From NCBI GenBank assembly GCA_951406725.2, contig OX597831.1, positions 59,954,001 to 60,018,000 on the forward strand: a stretch of 64,000 bases of DNA, given 5' to 3'. The DNA comes from Octopus vulgaris. Lineage: Eukaryota. The notes beneath the pieces are model-generated. The model was not told the DNA's origin and searched no databases. It saw only the letters and a list, made by a program, of their open reading frames with translations. Position 1 is the stretch's first letter. The number at the start of each line of letters is the position of its first letter. A program made the position numbers and the translations under genes. Below are positions 43,921 to 57,049 of this stretch, in pieces.

Positions 43921-43999
43921 TCTACCTATTATCTAGCTATCTATCTACCTACCTCTCACTCTTTCTCTCTCAGTCGCACTTTCTCTCTCCATATTTAAT

Positions 44000-44210
44000 A
44001 TTTTACTCTTTTGCTTGTTTCAGTCATTTTAATGCGGCCATGATGGAGCACCGCGTGTAGCCGAGCAAATCGACCCCAGGACTTATTGTTTGTAAGTCTA
44101 GTACTTACTCTATCAGTCTCTTTTACAAAAGCACTTAGTTACAGGGACACCTCCCCATCTTTTGTAAAGCTATGTTGGGGGACAAACACAAACACACAAA
44201 CATATATATA
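44000..44210 (-). mobile_element. 3' half of SINE (family of 18003-18418)
   Basis: ttgtttcagtcattttaatgcggccatgatggagcaccgc...aatcgaccccaggacttat. Confidence 0.8.
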
Positions 44211-44601
44211 TATATATATATATACATATCTTTAGGTAAATATATTCAATGAGAATATTATATACTGAAATTATATTGAGTGCGATATTGTATAAAAATA
44301 TCAATACTATTAAATTATTTATATATTTAATACGAGCGATATATCCTTAAATCCTTAAAAATGATTCAGCCCGAAGGCCGCGGCCATGCTGGGGCACCAC
44401 CGCTGATATACATATATTTTTTTAATAATATATCATTATTATTAATATAAGGAAATTAATATCCAAAATCATCATAAAGATATACCCCTGTGAGAGGACT
44501 TATTGTATTAAGAATATATATATAAATAAATAAATATAAAACCATAAATATAATGTATAAAATAAATTTGGTAGTTTAAAAGTTTTGAATTAATTATTAA
44601 A

Positions 44602-44695
44602 GCATCATACGATCGTTTCACAGAAGAGGTGTCCTATAATAAAATCCTATATTAATAAGCATTTATAGACAACCCTTCTGCTCTTCAGAGATATA
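44602..44695 (-). ncRNA. Type I hammerhead ribozyme with long stem II
   Basis: Minus strand AUCU-CUGAAGA-GCAGAAGGG...CUCUUCUGU-GAAAC-GAUC-GUA-UGAU; palindromic ACGAUCGU stem III; one mismatch in stem I. Confidence 0.75.
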
Positions 44696-45087
44696 AAACA
44701 TGAATATTGTATAATATATCGAATGAGTGTTTTCTAAAAAAATTGAAGTAAAATTGTAAAATGGTGTTTGTTTGAAATTTAAAATAAAAATTAAAAATTA
44801 CTACTTTTGATGAGAGTCATATATATTTCCCTGCTTATTCTACTGCGATAATCCATAATATTCATACTCAAAATCCGTCATATTATCTTGCATCCCAGTA
44901 TAATTCATGTAGTTAGTTTATACTATATATTATTCATATAAAATATCGTGTACATTAAAACACATTAGGAGGCTTCTATCATGGGAAAGCCTTGCGCTAG
45001 AAAGAGCAGTAAACAACTCAAACCACTAATTAGGGACAAATTCTCGAAGGGAAAGACAATTAAATGGATTTACCATCAAATTTAGTT

Positions 45088-45153
45088 CCTAGACCGTGGT
45101 TTCTGATTTATTTCAGTAAAAAAGTTTTACTGCGTCTAGTCTTCATCAGTAGG
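45088..45153 (-). ncRNA. Type I hammerhead ribozyme (left arm)
   Basis: CCUA-CUGAUGA-A-GACU...AAUC-A-GAAAC-CACG-GUC-UAGG. Confidence 0.65.
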
Positions 45154-45553
45154 TAGTCTTTATTTTATAAATATACATACAACGAGATTGATTCCGCATG
45201 TAAGCTCATTATTTGTATATTCAAACTTTTCAAATGTACACGATATTTTATATTATTCATATAAAATATCGTGTACATTAAAATACATTATGTGTGATAA
45301 AATATAGACTATTGATTAAATTATTTTGCGCTAGGCCACTGGTAATAAAAATTTCTATAATTCTTATTACCCTAATATTACTTATTATATTCAAATGATA
45401 TTTGATAAATTTATTCGAGGTTTTACCGGCATCCTCTCTGTTGCCGGAAATAAGCTGCGTGTGTTCGGTGGATTTGAAAAGTTAGAATATACAAATAATG
45501 AGTTTACATGTGGAATCAATCTCGTTGTGTGTATGTTTATAATCTCACGGCTA

Positions 45554-45620
45554 CCTACTGATGAAGACTGGACGCAATAAATATTTTTTTACTGAAATAA
45601 GTCAGAAACCGTGGTCTAGG
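45554..45620 (+). ncRNA. Type I hammerhead ribozyme (right arm)
   Basis: CCUA-CUGAUGA-A-GACU...AGUC-A-GAAAC-CGUG-GUC-UAGG. Confidence 0.75.
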
Positions 45621-45762
45621 AACTAAACTAGATGGTAAATGTTTTAAATTTTCTTTCCCTTCAAGAATATATCCCTAATTAGTGGTTTAAGTTGTATACT
45701 GCTCTTTCTAGCGCAAGGCTTTCCTATGATGGAAGCCTCTTAATGTGTTTTAATGTACACGA

Positions 45763-45818
<56 letters not shown>

Positions 45819-46576
45819 TATGTTGTGAGTAATGCAGCGAAGTACTGCACTTCGCCTTCGCAAGACCAGTATACCGGGTACATGTTGTGTGTCGTTAACC
45901 AGCTGAAAGAGACGTTAACCAGCTGAAACTAGCCTTCAGGTCAAGTGTACTTTGATAAAATGAAGTTTCAACTTTAGTTAGCAAACCTATGTTAACACAC
46001 GGTGGATTCAATCGAAATGCGTAGAGAGCATAGTTTGAGTGGAGATTATAACTGGGAAGAGAAAGTAGGAATATGAAAAAAACATATATATATAAAAACT
46101 ATATAAGGGTTAGAAGTAAAAACATTAAGTGAGGTCATTTCACGGAGGGTGTTCAAAACAACCGTTTTGGCTGAGGAAGAGAAAGAGGTGCGTGATTTGT
46201 GATTCCACATGAGTAATGCTGCAACATTCCATGTGCCTATTATCAAGATTGCAATACTGTGCAGGTGAATATCTGTGTGGATCCTTAGATCACTAAGTGT
46301 TCGATATAAAGATATCTTCCTACTCTTATGGAGGACATTTTTTTCCCAGTCGTCTGGGTTATCGCCCCTAAATCTGGTCGCCGCATTGATAGCTGGACCT
46401 AAGGCAATGCATAGCCACTACGCAAAGAGCGCTTCCATCCAACACGATTCTTCACCAAAAACAGTACAGAAGGGTAATCCGAAACAAATTGAAAGGCTCT
46501 GCTGTAGTATGGCACTAGCCTCTCACTGCAACCAGTAGCTGAGTAGAAGAGACTTGTGTATGAATATGCATGTATA

Positions 46577-46610
46577 AACACACACACACACACACACACA
46601 CATGCACACA

Positions 46611-46683
<73 letters not shown>

Positions 46684-46790
46684 CATATATATATGTATAT
46701 ACATACAAACATACATGTGTATATATATGCATACATACGTACATACTTACACAAACGCAGACACGCCCACACACACATATATACACACAT
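46577..46790. repeat. (CA)n/(TA)n compound microsatellite
   Basis: Directly visible. Confidence 0.95.
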
Positions 46791-47805
46791 TTTGTTGTTA
46801 CTAATAACGTATAATGGATTCTGCTTAAACTAAGAAACCTGTAACTTTGACCACTTACCCAGGGAATATTACACCAAAAATGTACTAGTTCAGACGACAT
46901 TATAATCTTTCTTTAAAACATTTTTTTTTTTGCGATTCTTCATTTTTGAGTGAGAATGAATAATGGCTATTTTTCAATCTTTCAGAGTCCCCAAGGTTAC
47001 ATTGCTATGCATCTACGAGTTATTTATAGTGACAATATAAGAAATACATCTACATAAACCTCCCGCATATCTAATACAATTACACACAGCAAATATAAGT
47101 GATTCTAGCTTTCACTTCATCTGTTTAACAACGTGCTAAAATGATGTTCCGAGATAAATAGATGGAAACGTTCATGGCTCATTAATTGGACTAATGTTGG
47201 CTGTCTTTCAAGTTTCGGCTCTTGAGAATCTAATTCAACTTATGTTCTCCCATGTGTGGTCCTTTACAGGGTGAAGAAAAGAAATATACAATAAAATAGA
47301 GAAAAATAGAGAAAAAATAAAGAAAAAATATTTGTATACTAGCGAAGTAGTTGAAGAGAAGTGGACGATAAGAGAAATATGTCTATTTTTTTTCCATACA
47401 TTGAAAATGTAGAAGATTAATGTGAGACACAATAAACACGAGAATAAGGTTTTAAAAGTCAGGTATGAAAGAAAACATTATATGAAGTAGAAATTAGTAT
47501 AACACATTTTACACTGAATCGAATCGTTTTTGATTCTACTCAATGAACGCCTTATCCAGTGTATTTTAAGAATGTTTATATAATGATCTTATTATTTTGC
47601 TTTCTACCATAGAAAATTAATAACATCAGAAATGGCATGAACTTCTTAAAAAAGGGTGTACACATTATATTACTAAGAAATTCTCTTGACAATCGTTTGT
47701 ATGTGTGCTTGTGTGTGAGCATATTTAGCACGAGATGTCTGGATGAGTATTTCGCTTCTTACCCATTTCACATCTTCAAAAGTTTATTATTTATCAAATA
47801 TAAAA

Positions 47806-48185
47806 GTGACGAGCTGGGTGAACGTTAACATTTTGGGATAAATGCTTACAAGCACTGCGTACATTCCGAGTTGAAACTCCGCCGAGGTCGAATTTGACTT
47901 TCATCCTTTCGGGGTCAATAAAATAAGACAAATACTTGATGTAATCGAGTAATCCCTACCTCGGAACTTGCTGGCCTTTTGCTAAAAGGCAGCGAGCCAG
48001 CAGAATCATTAACGCACAAATGTTTTGTGACATTTCGTCCGTCCGTGCTGAAATTCTACCGAGATGGACTTACTTATTTATCCTTTCGGGGTCTATGAAA
48101 TGTGTATCAGCTACGCACTGAAGTTGATGTAGTTCACCTGCCCTCTTCCGCATGATTGCAGGCCTTGTTCCAATAGTAGAACATA
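47806..48185 (+). mobile_element. Two tandem degenerate SINE copies (family of 42054-42286)
   Basis: ccgccgaggtcgaatttgactttcatcctttcggggtc near 47880 and tatcctttcggggtc near 48080. Confidence 0.75.
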
Positions 48186-48578
48186 ATACATACTTAGCGA
48201 TTATAACATTAGCTATTTCATTTAAATTTCAAAACTTTCTATCTTCACTAAGTATTACTATATTTAAACGAAACTTTTAGAAACAGGAAACTTTTTATTA
48301 TTTTTCCACACATATAAAGAATGTCACTAGCAGTTTGTAGATCATGCGTTTAATGATCACACTGGGCATTTATGAGACAATGTTTGTGTGAAAAAATATG
48401 CTGGAAGCGAATTTGAATGGAAGCACTTGTGTTAAATACCTCACGCAGATTTTACGAAAAGTTGACGATGACAGGAACAGAGCGGTATGTAGACTCGAAT
48501 TTACTGGTGGTGGTACAGATTTACATTATTTACGTTATTCACATTTGACGGATATTTGAACTCATCTTGTTTGTCGTC

Positions 48579-48624
48579 AACAAAACTTTTCGGCTGATGT
48601 ACCCTCTAGCCTTCATCAAGTGTC
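48579..48624 (-). ncRNA. Degenerate hammerhead in the PLE pLTR
   Basis: GACAC-UUGAUGA-A-GGCU...AGCC-GAAAAGUU; core C3>U and stem III mutated, so probably inactive. Confidence 0.6.
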
Positions 48625-48709
48625 TTGGGGAAACTTCAAACCTGGTTTCTCATTCCTAAGGTATTCTTCAATGTTATTATTATTACTATTATTATTGCTA
48701 TTATTTTTC

Positions 48710-48773
48710 AGGTCATGGCCTGGAATCGAACTCGGAATCTTGGGGTTAGTAGCCCGCGGTCTTAACAACTAGG
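48710..48773 (-). other. tRNA-like Pol III promoter cassette inside the PLE 3' region
   Basis: tagttgttaag (A-box-like), gcggg-ctactaa-cccc (anticodon-arm-like), gagttcgattcc (B box). Confidence 0.7.
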
Positions 48774-50464
48774 GAAATTCTGTAGTGAATTTTATGGCTT
48801 ATAAATCTAATATTTTCCTATCCTTCCTCAATACCGGTTCTCATATGCTATTCATATCTGCACTCGGTCTGCTTAGGAGGTTGTTATGTCTTAGTATATG
48901 AGCTGCTTCTTTTAGTTTTCGTATTTTCCAGTGGTATTCTCTGTCTATTATTTTAATTTCATCCCACAGGGGGAGGTGGTCTCTATTTTCCATACATGAT
49001 CAGCTACACCCGAGTTATCAATATAACTTTGTGTCACAGATTTGCGATGGTCTTCTACCCATATTTTGAGGGTGCGGCATGTTTCGCCTTTGTATAATCT
49101 ACCACGGCTGCATGGGATGGAGTACACGCTGATTTTGGCCATATTCTCTTTTATTGGTAGTTTTACTCGGAGGACATATTTGCGAAGTGTGGTATTACTC
49201 TTGAATACTGTCCTGATGTCATATGGGCCACATATCTTTTGTATCTTTTTGGAGAGGCCTATCACATAGGTGGACAGACTGTGGATAGTTTATTGGTTTC
49301 ATCCGCTCTTTCCTTCATAATTGGAGTGGATAGTATGTTTTGGGGGGTAGTTCTTGCTTAATAGATTGTTATTGAGCTTGATCATTTCTTCGTGGTGGGT
49401 ATCACGATCGCTGCTTATATTCTTTGCTCGATGTTTTGGGCAGTGAGCAATCCCTCTCTTTACACTGTATTGATGGTGGGAATTAAAGTTGAGGTATCGT
49501 CCAGTGAAGATCGGCTTGCGGTATACGGATGTCCTGAATCCATACTTGATGCGTGCTCCTAATACGTCCAGGAATGCTAGTTGATTGTCTTTTTCTTACT
49601 ATTATTCACCCAATGTTGCTGGATGATAATTTAGTAATTCATTTGAAGTCTTTAATAATCGGTTTTGTTTGCATTTAAACTATTTTTGTCCCTGGGAGTA
49701 ATCTTAATCGTTTAACCGAATCACTTCCTATATACTGTACTATGTTCTCACACACAGTTATGCAGATAAGGGATTATTTGGCAATTTTGAATGTCAGTAT
49801 TCAAAATAGAATTTTATAAGTTTCATGACCAATGAAATATACTGTGCGATGGTTCGTGTAACTTTCCAGTTATAGGTCTACGAATATATACATATTTTAA
49901 TGACATTTTTCTTAATATAACTGACCGGGAATAGATAAGGTATTTGTATTTGATTCTTAGATCTCAAAGCATATTATGTTGTACATACTGATACAGAGTT
50001 ATTCATTACGTTAGCAGAATATAGCATCTAATTAACGTTCTTCTCTTTATTGTACAAAATATAATTATTTCCCCGTTTGTGTCTGCTGTGGAATTTCGTT
50101 TCCTGTTGGACAATTCTATTTTTGTTGTCCCATACAACTCATTTTCTTGCAAGCCCGCTTGGTTTATTCATCGACTAGTAATGCATATCACCATTATAAA
50201 TAACAGTAAAAAAAGTATTTCATGAAAACTTCCTATGGTTTACGGAGTTCGTATTTGTACACCTTTCATAAATATCTTTGTCTCAAATAGCAGTTCTTGG
50301 AAGCTTGAAAATGTAATTTTATCCATCCGGAATTATAATACCGGTTTTTCATCGGCTGAAAATAATTCATGGTATTATAATAAGTAAAATGGGAATTCAT
50401 TATTGTCATTATATTTATATATATATGCATGGATATGTGGTTTGATTTTACAATATAAATCTTG

Positions 50465-50665
50465 AGGTCATCGTTTCGATACACGGACCATTTGATGTAT
50501 CGTTTACTTGAACAAAGCATTTCACTTGAAGTTGCTCCAGTCTACTGACTTGTAAATGAGTCCCAGTAACAGATGGGAATTAAAACATGTGATGGACTGT
50601 CATCCCGCTAAAGATGGTTCTTGTAATCATTGTATCTTACACACCATGTAAACTATGTAAACATC
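50465..50665 (+). mobile_element. Old SINE remnant (related to 58050-58215)
   Basis: gtttcgatac...cttgaacaaagcatttcac...gttgctccagtctac...gtaaatgagt...gatggactgtcatccc. Confidence 0.5.
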
Positions 50666-53555
50666 CAGCTGTGTCAGAAATAGGGCTTATGAGAAACCTG
50701 CGTTATTCTTTCTGCAGTCGCTGCGTTGAACTCCGCAGTTGTCATAAAGACATTCTCATCGAATTCCTCCTTCGTCAATCATCCATCTCCATTGTTATAG
50801 ACAGTATCTTCACCAATGCAAATTATCTCCTCCACGACATCCTTTATAACGGAGATAACAACACGCCTAGATAATTTGCTCCATCAATATTTCTACTCGA
50901 TGGTATTGCTCCTTCTGCATAGCAAACACTTCACCTTCCGCTCATTGTAATCGGATTGCAGAACACATCTTTTATTTGTAAGCCTCCTTGTCATATTCGG
51001 CAAAATGGAGGGTCACTTTTATGTAATTCTATAATCGTTGCTCCACTCGTAATTTGATATTTCACGTTTCAAATGACATAATATATCAAGCGCTGGCACT
51101 GTTTATGTAGCTGCTGTTATGGGACATTTTCCTTCGTAAATACATGCTTGCAGTTCTTAAAACGGTGAACTGTCACTTTATTAAGTATGCACCATCCCAG
51201 TACTGAATATTACTCGGGAAATTTTGCTCTGGACTCCCTTACAAAGGAGTAAATGTGCCTTATCAGGAACAGGAGAATTTATTCTTCATAGAAAATCACT
51301 GATGAAACAATTGCTCTACGTTACCCTGTCGCTAAATCTAACATTTCTCCACCGCATTTTTTATATACTCCAACCTAAGCACCAACGAGTTACTTAAACT
51401 ACACTGTTCTATATTTTCCCTTTAATCTTTACATAATTCATTTAATTTAAATATACTTCTCATCCAATATTAAGCATGTATATCTCATCGTATCTCTCAA
51501 ACGTTGTACAAACCAATGACGTTACACTCTATAGTTCTCCTTAGCAAACAATGGTATCAAACTAGCACTGGAATTAATGTATATAATAGTAATTGCTGAG
51601 AAAATATACTAAAGATTTAGCAGAACTTGGATTACATTACATATAATTCGGATTTTACCCTTTCATGAATGTCTACAATGTGTCAAGGGACAAGGATAAT
51701 CCTCATCTCAATATATAATGTAACACACATATTATTATTACATTGAAAGATAGGATAAGTGTAATGATGTACGTTGGATGCTCTGCATACTTTGTGAATC
51801 ATTTTGAAAGCCTCCAAGTTAAGGATTTAATGAATAGAAAGCCACACTGTTTTTATTTCACTGTCTAGATTACACTATCTTTAAACAAAAGATTTTCGGA
51901 ATATTTGCTTCTGTCAACATGTGAATTTGTCTTTCATATAAGCCTCATGCATGGTTTTAGTCAAATTTATACGAGTTATTTTGGAAATTTATTTATCACA
52001 TATCAAGGTCATCTCAGTCTGTGAACAATTTATAAATTTGTGCATGTTTCAGCAATAATTCAAGTTGCTGTATTTACTCTGATAATAAGTAATATCTTGT
52101 GGGACATGTTGTAATATGATGAGATCCAGGAAACGATACTGAAATTAGGATAACCTTCAATAATATATAATTATATAAATTAAGACTTAGAATTTCAGCA
52201 ACAGGGATGTAGAAATAATCAGAAATATCTCATGGCATATAATATTACCATAGTTGTTGATCACAGATTTATGATATTTGCTACCATCCATAATTTTGAT
52301 GAAACATGAAACATAACTAAATATAACTACCCAGTCGTCTCATTTATGCAATGTTTTATATGTTTGAAGGCTATTGAGTAATAGGCAAAAATAATCAGTG
52401 AATGATGTAATGCACATTGCGATGTTTTTAAAGATAATTCTTTCAATACATTTACGTTTGAATCTGCTGATTCAATCATTTCCTTAAGATATACTTAAAG
52501 TTCCTTGCTTTTGCTGTAGCATCATATATTGTGTAATTGATGATAATTTACAAAGAGGAAAGCATCAGAATAACAGTTTTAAAATGATAATTCACCATAC
52601 CTCATTATTTACGTGTATGATTCTTATTTTTTTATTGCATCTAATGCAGTAATTGTCTGAATTCCTTTCGAAAGTTTATCTGTTTCTTACACTGTGTGTA
52701 CAAAATTATTTATATGGTCCTTTATCGTGTGACAGAGGTGTTTATTTTCCGACGTATTACGTCCTACTGTTTTCTTTATTCGCTTGACTTTTAGTGCTGA
52801 AAAAATTAAAGGCAATCCGCAACAAAAGAAAATTACATACACATGCAGCTACATCTACATACTTTTGATTTGTGAGCAATAGTTGCAGTGAATTGGCCGG
52901 TAATCCTCAAAATAATTTAGAAACCTTATGAGTTAAACTTCATCGTATTCAAATATCTAAACATTTTGCTCATTACATAGCTGTAGATGTCTTAGGAAAA
53001 ATACTCAAATGCTGAGGATATTGTTCTTACAGCTCCTGAAATATGTGATTTGCAAGACATCTTTACTTTCCTTAAGAATTTTAATATGAATATACTGAAA
53101 AAATATATATAGATGATATTGCGTATTCAGACGACCATACATGAATATTTGTGTGTATCTGAATGTGAGTGTGCGCACGCGTTTGTGTTGTGGTGCCTGC
53201 TGTACGCCCATTCCGAATGCAGCATTCTGTATCTCATCCAGTAGTGAAGTAACTCCAGCGCTTTTGTCCACTTTCATCGATGTACCATGATGCCAGGAGT
53301 CTTCCACCGACGTAAGCGACACAATACTCGCGCAACAACACAAGCATCTTAATTTTGATGTTGATAAACATTGTATCATCCTCAATGGGCGATATTGCTA
53401 CACCGATCTGTCTTTCTCTTGAGCAGGATGCAATTTTTTGCTTCCTCAGGGTCATCGGATCAATGTATGGCAATACCTTTTGTCTCCTTTGCAGCTAGTT
53501 CACATCTAACATCTATCTCTACTGGAAGGCATGTTGCTTACTATCAATATTTCAT

Positions 53556-53854
53556 TGTTGTTGTTTGTTCCTTCTCGAGCCATGCCTGGCTCATAAGGGC
53601 CGGTTTCCCGGTTTCCTTGGCGTATGAGTTCTCCAGCTTTACGGTACGCTGGTCCGTCGCAGGTGAGCTGCAAGATGCAGGAGGAAAGAGTGAGAGAAAG
53701 TTTTGGCGAAAGAGTCAGCAGAAGTTTCGCCATTACCTTCTGCCAGACCCGCGTTGTACTTAGCATAAACACACACATCACCCGGTCTGAGATTCGAAAC
53801 CCCGGTCTCTTGACCGCGAGTTCGCTGCTGTAACCACTAGGTCATGGCCTCCAC
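53556..53854 (-). mobile_element. tRNA-derived SINE, second family (tail type B)
   Basis: Minus head gtggaggccatgacctagtggttacagcagcgaactcgcggtc...gggtttcgaatctc; tail ccggcccttatgagccaggcatggctcgagaagg then (AAC)n. Confidence 0.8.
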
Positions 53855-54427
53855 TGTCTACATTTCACTGAGTCGAAAATAACACTGCATTTTCTTTAGC
53901 TTTATACTCTCCTCCACCGCATCAGCCAGCGTTCATGAATGTAAATTAAAATCATAAGTCAAACTAAAATTGAAACAGCACTTAAAGAGCAGTGAACAGC
54001 TAACGATTCTAGTTTATAAGGGAGTCTATATAAGGGCATTGACGTTGGCGGCGTTTCTCTATCCACAGAAATGGGAACAATAGCCAAAATTAATAATTAA
54101 AAGAAATTTATCAATAACCTCTGCCACCAAGCCATGAAATCTTGTGTGTCTGCCAATTAGGTTTATCTTAGAGAGACACAAGTATTCGCGTCGTCTACAA
54201 CTTCGAACATAGTATATGATGCGTGAGTTGTATTAATATCAATACATGAACCAATATACTGAGTGCATAAAAAATGTCGTGTGTGTGGTGTACTTTCTTT
54301 TAGTATTGTTAGGGGTATCTATATGATGTTGCGAAATTAATTTCAATTATTTAATATTGGTATCTGTACAAATGTGTAAGCGTATGCACATGCGCGCATG
54401 CGCACGTATATACATACATCGTGAGTA

Positions 54428-55640
54428 TTGAGCATGCAGGGGGAAATGGTGAGTGGGGATGTGCTAAATCCCTTTCATAAACAAAGCTGTACTGCTTGGA
54501 ATAAAACAAAAGAAAAACACTGTAGGAGCTTTAATACTGATTATAGGAAAGGATTCAACTCTCTTCCACGCTGCCAAAGTGTTGACATTTAGCAAATATG
54601 CTTACTAGGTCTATTGCTACCATAGAAAGGCTCAAATACCTCAGACATTATACTTACACTAGAGAAGAGACAGGAGTAAACGCCTCCAATATTATTTCGA
54701 TTTGAGAAGGACTATTTCAAGGAGATCGCTTTTTATAATTCTTTTAATTCGACATAAAATTCATTATCTTTCCAGCTACAAAATAAATATTACTACATGG
54801 TAGAATCTGCAAAAAATATCAATGTAATCCATAATTTCTCTGTGGATGACCTTAAAATTTATGTTCAAAATTTTAACGAATCCAAAAATAGCAACTGGAA
54901 TTGATATCAAAATTTTCAGCTCACATAGGAATGGAATTTGGCCAAAAGAAATGTTCATATTTGATTGTTGAACATGGAAAATCTGTACATACATAGACTC
55001 ACTGTTTCTCCTGCCCGACATAAAGAATGCTACAAATATCTAGGCATTGATGAAAGCATATTATCTAAAGGAACTGTGAATAAAGATATAGGGAGTATGC
55101 GCAACGTAAGAACTCTTGTATTGCAACACGACAATATCCCACGATGCATTAACAGTATCAATGCTCATCCCAACATTTGGGATACTCGAGTAGTCTGTAG
55201 AGGACATTCACTCCATAGACGACGTTAAAGTGTATAGGATACTGACATCATCTGGAAATCTCCTCCGAAATAGTGATATCGACAGTTTCTACCAAAGAAG
55301 AGATGAAGGAAGTAGAGACTTGTGATAAGTGCAGACAACATTCGAATATCGTAAAGTATCTCTCAGACAGCACTTGCTAAATACCAGCAGCAAAAATAAA
55401 CGCATTAACTTAGTGCTGAACATTTAAGAGGACTGTAACCTCCTCGGGAAGCTCTCTCTTCCTGACAACCTTTCCCACAACCTCAAAATAGTCAGCCTAA
55501 TATATCTCAATTAAGATTTGGATCGGAAACGCTCAGCATACAAACCAAATGACTATGTATGGGTATGTTTCCCGAAGATTTGAAAAAGACAGTTATATCC
55601 ACAAGAAACCTAGCTTCTTTTGGACCCGCGACCGCTACAA
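54428..55640 (+). pseudogene. Decayed R4/Dong-like reverse transcriptase region
   Basis: Ordered motifs: EHAGG..WGC; FINKAVL; DYRKGFNSLP; GLFQGD; HNFSVDDLKIY; FSAHIGMEFGQKKC; YKYLGIDE; SDIDSFYQRRDEGSRDL; many frameshifts and stops. Confidence 0.88.
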
Positions 55641-56322
55641 CGCATCAGATTTCGAAAGGTATGCATTTGGCATCACACACATACAGACAGTACACTTTCA
55701 CACACACACGCGCGCACACATTCACTCACACACACACACACACATACACTCATAGAAAAAAAATATATATGTATACACGTAAGCTTGTGCCCACTTCTCT
55801 CTGAATGTGTTGGTTTATGCATGTATGTGTGTTTCTGCTTTTCTTCGTGTGTGTTATAGAAAGTTTATTGACAACGACTGCTTTGTCTTAATTTTTCTGG
55901 AAGGAAAAGGAGCCTAAAAACTAATATAACAATCCATCATTATCCCATATATCAAAGAACGTTGGTTAAGTAAATGTACAATAAATTGCGAGAAAATAGT
56001 ACATTAATTTGTAGATATAAATAAAGCAAAAACCAATATTATTCAGTGTTTCATATGTAGGTTAACTATATTAGACAGTCAAGGATACTAAGTCTAAGAA
56101 TCTTGAAAATTATATTGTTGTATGTTAGGTATGCACTTTACAACGGCCACAATATTTCATTTCAGAATTTTGTCAATGATTGTATTCTGATATAAGTGGA
56201 GATGAGACGAATGTGGCACAAAAACCAGTGTCCATTTCTAGATAACTATAGGCGATGGACTCTTGGAGCTAAGCAACGACAAAATTCGTCCTACTTTCTA
56301 GACTACCATGATAGCTCCGCGA

Positions 56323-56356
<34 letters not shown>

Positions 56357-56359
<3 letters not shown>

Positions 56360-56871
56360 TAATTGTTGGACCCAGCGTTGCTCGTGTTTTCCTTGTTGAA
56401 ATTAAGCACCCCACCTTTGACCTTCTACGAAATCTTCTACGTTCACTGTGCCAACTATTACCCATTAAGATGATCTCTCTGGTTCTACAAGCTTTCGCAG
56501 GATGAGTGGATGTATGGCAGGTAGAGGAAAAAGAATCACGGCAGGCATACGAAAAATGGTCACGGCAGGCGATGGAGTTTTGTTAACGGACGAACCATAT
56601 GCTGATATCGCCTCTGTCCTGAGCCTCACGCACGCATCGATTTTCATCAAAATCGGACAAACAATGCTAAACCTGTAGTGAAAATAACATCTATGGGAAC
56701 TACTATTCAAACGCCTGATTGAGCTCACAATAATCGATGCCAACTGGCATTATCGAGTTTTTGAGGCGATGTGCCAGAAATCATTAAAGTCGATTGAATA
56801 CTGTGAAATGAGTTACAGTAACCTCCGTCGCAAAAAAACACACACTCAGACTGACACCATTACACATTTAA

Positions 56872-56873
<2 letters not shown>
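56357..56873. mobile_element. Helentron/DINE-like non-autonomous element between TA tracts
   Basis: Start tactaattgttggacccagcgttgctcg, internal gatttttcatcaaaatcgg, end cacacactcagactgac...tttaagtatata; resembles HINE/DINE-1-like architecture (recalled, not aligned). Confidence 0.5.
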
Positions 56874-56919
<46 letters not shown>

Positions 56920-57049
56920 TGTATGATAATTTGAAGTTGCAGTTTCGAAATGCTCGTGGAAGACTTACTATTTTTTATTTGAATAATGTCTGCTGTATCC
57001 GGTTGATTTTTGTGGAGAATATCTTTTAAAATTTTTCCTTTAGTGTTTC

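Larger units (their letters stand above)
44935..45772. mobile_element. Non-coding PLE-LTR-like element with ~300 bp inverted arms, each containing a hammerhead, abutting (TA)n
   Basis: 44935-45235 is a diverged reverse complement of 45472-45772. Confidence 0.8.
48525..49600 (-). mobile_element. 5'-truncated Penelope/Poseidon-type retroelement: RT thumb, GIY-YIG endonuclease and 3' pLTR
   Basis: EKDNQLAFLDVL...TSVYRKPIFTGRYLNFNSHH; GLSKKIQKI...VYSIPCSRGRLYKGETCRTLK...DH; RKLKEAAHI; the ORF ends near 48799 and is frameshifted. Confidence 0.92.

Noticed and set aside
48710-48773. Functional tRNA gene
   Set aside because: Acceptor stem and A box are degenerate and it lies inside a retroelement, so it is reported only as tRNA-like
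50690-51340. Possible old RTE C-terminal fragment on the minus strand (also 53200-53500 and a LINE-like stretch at 46130-46545)
   Set aside because: Composition suggests decayed LINEs, but no unambiguous motif could be read
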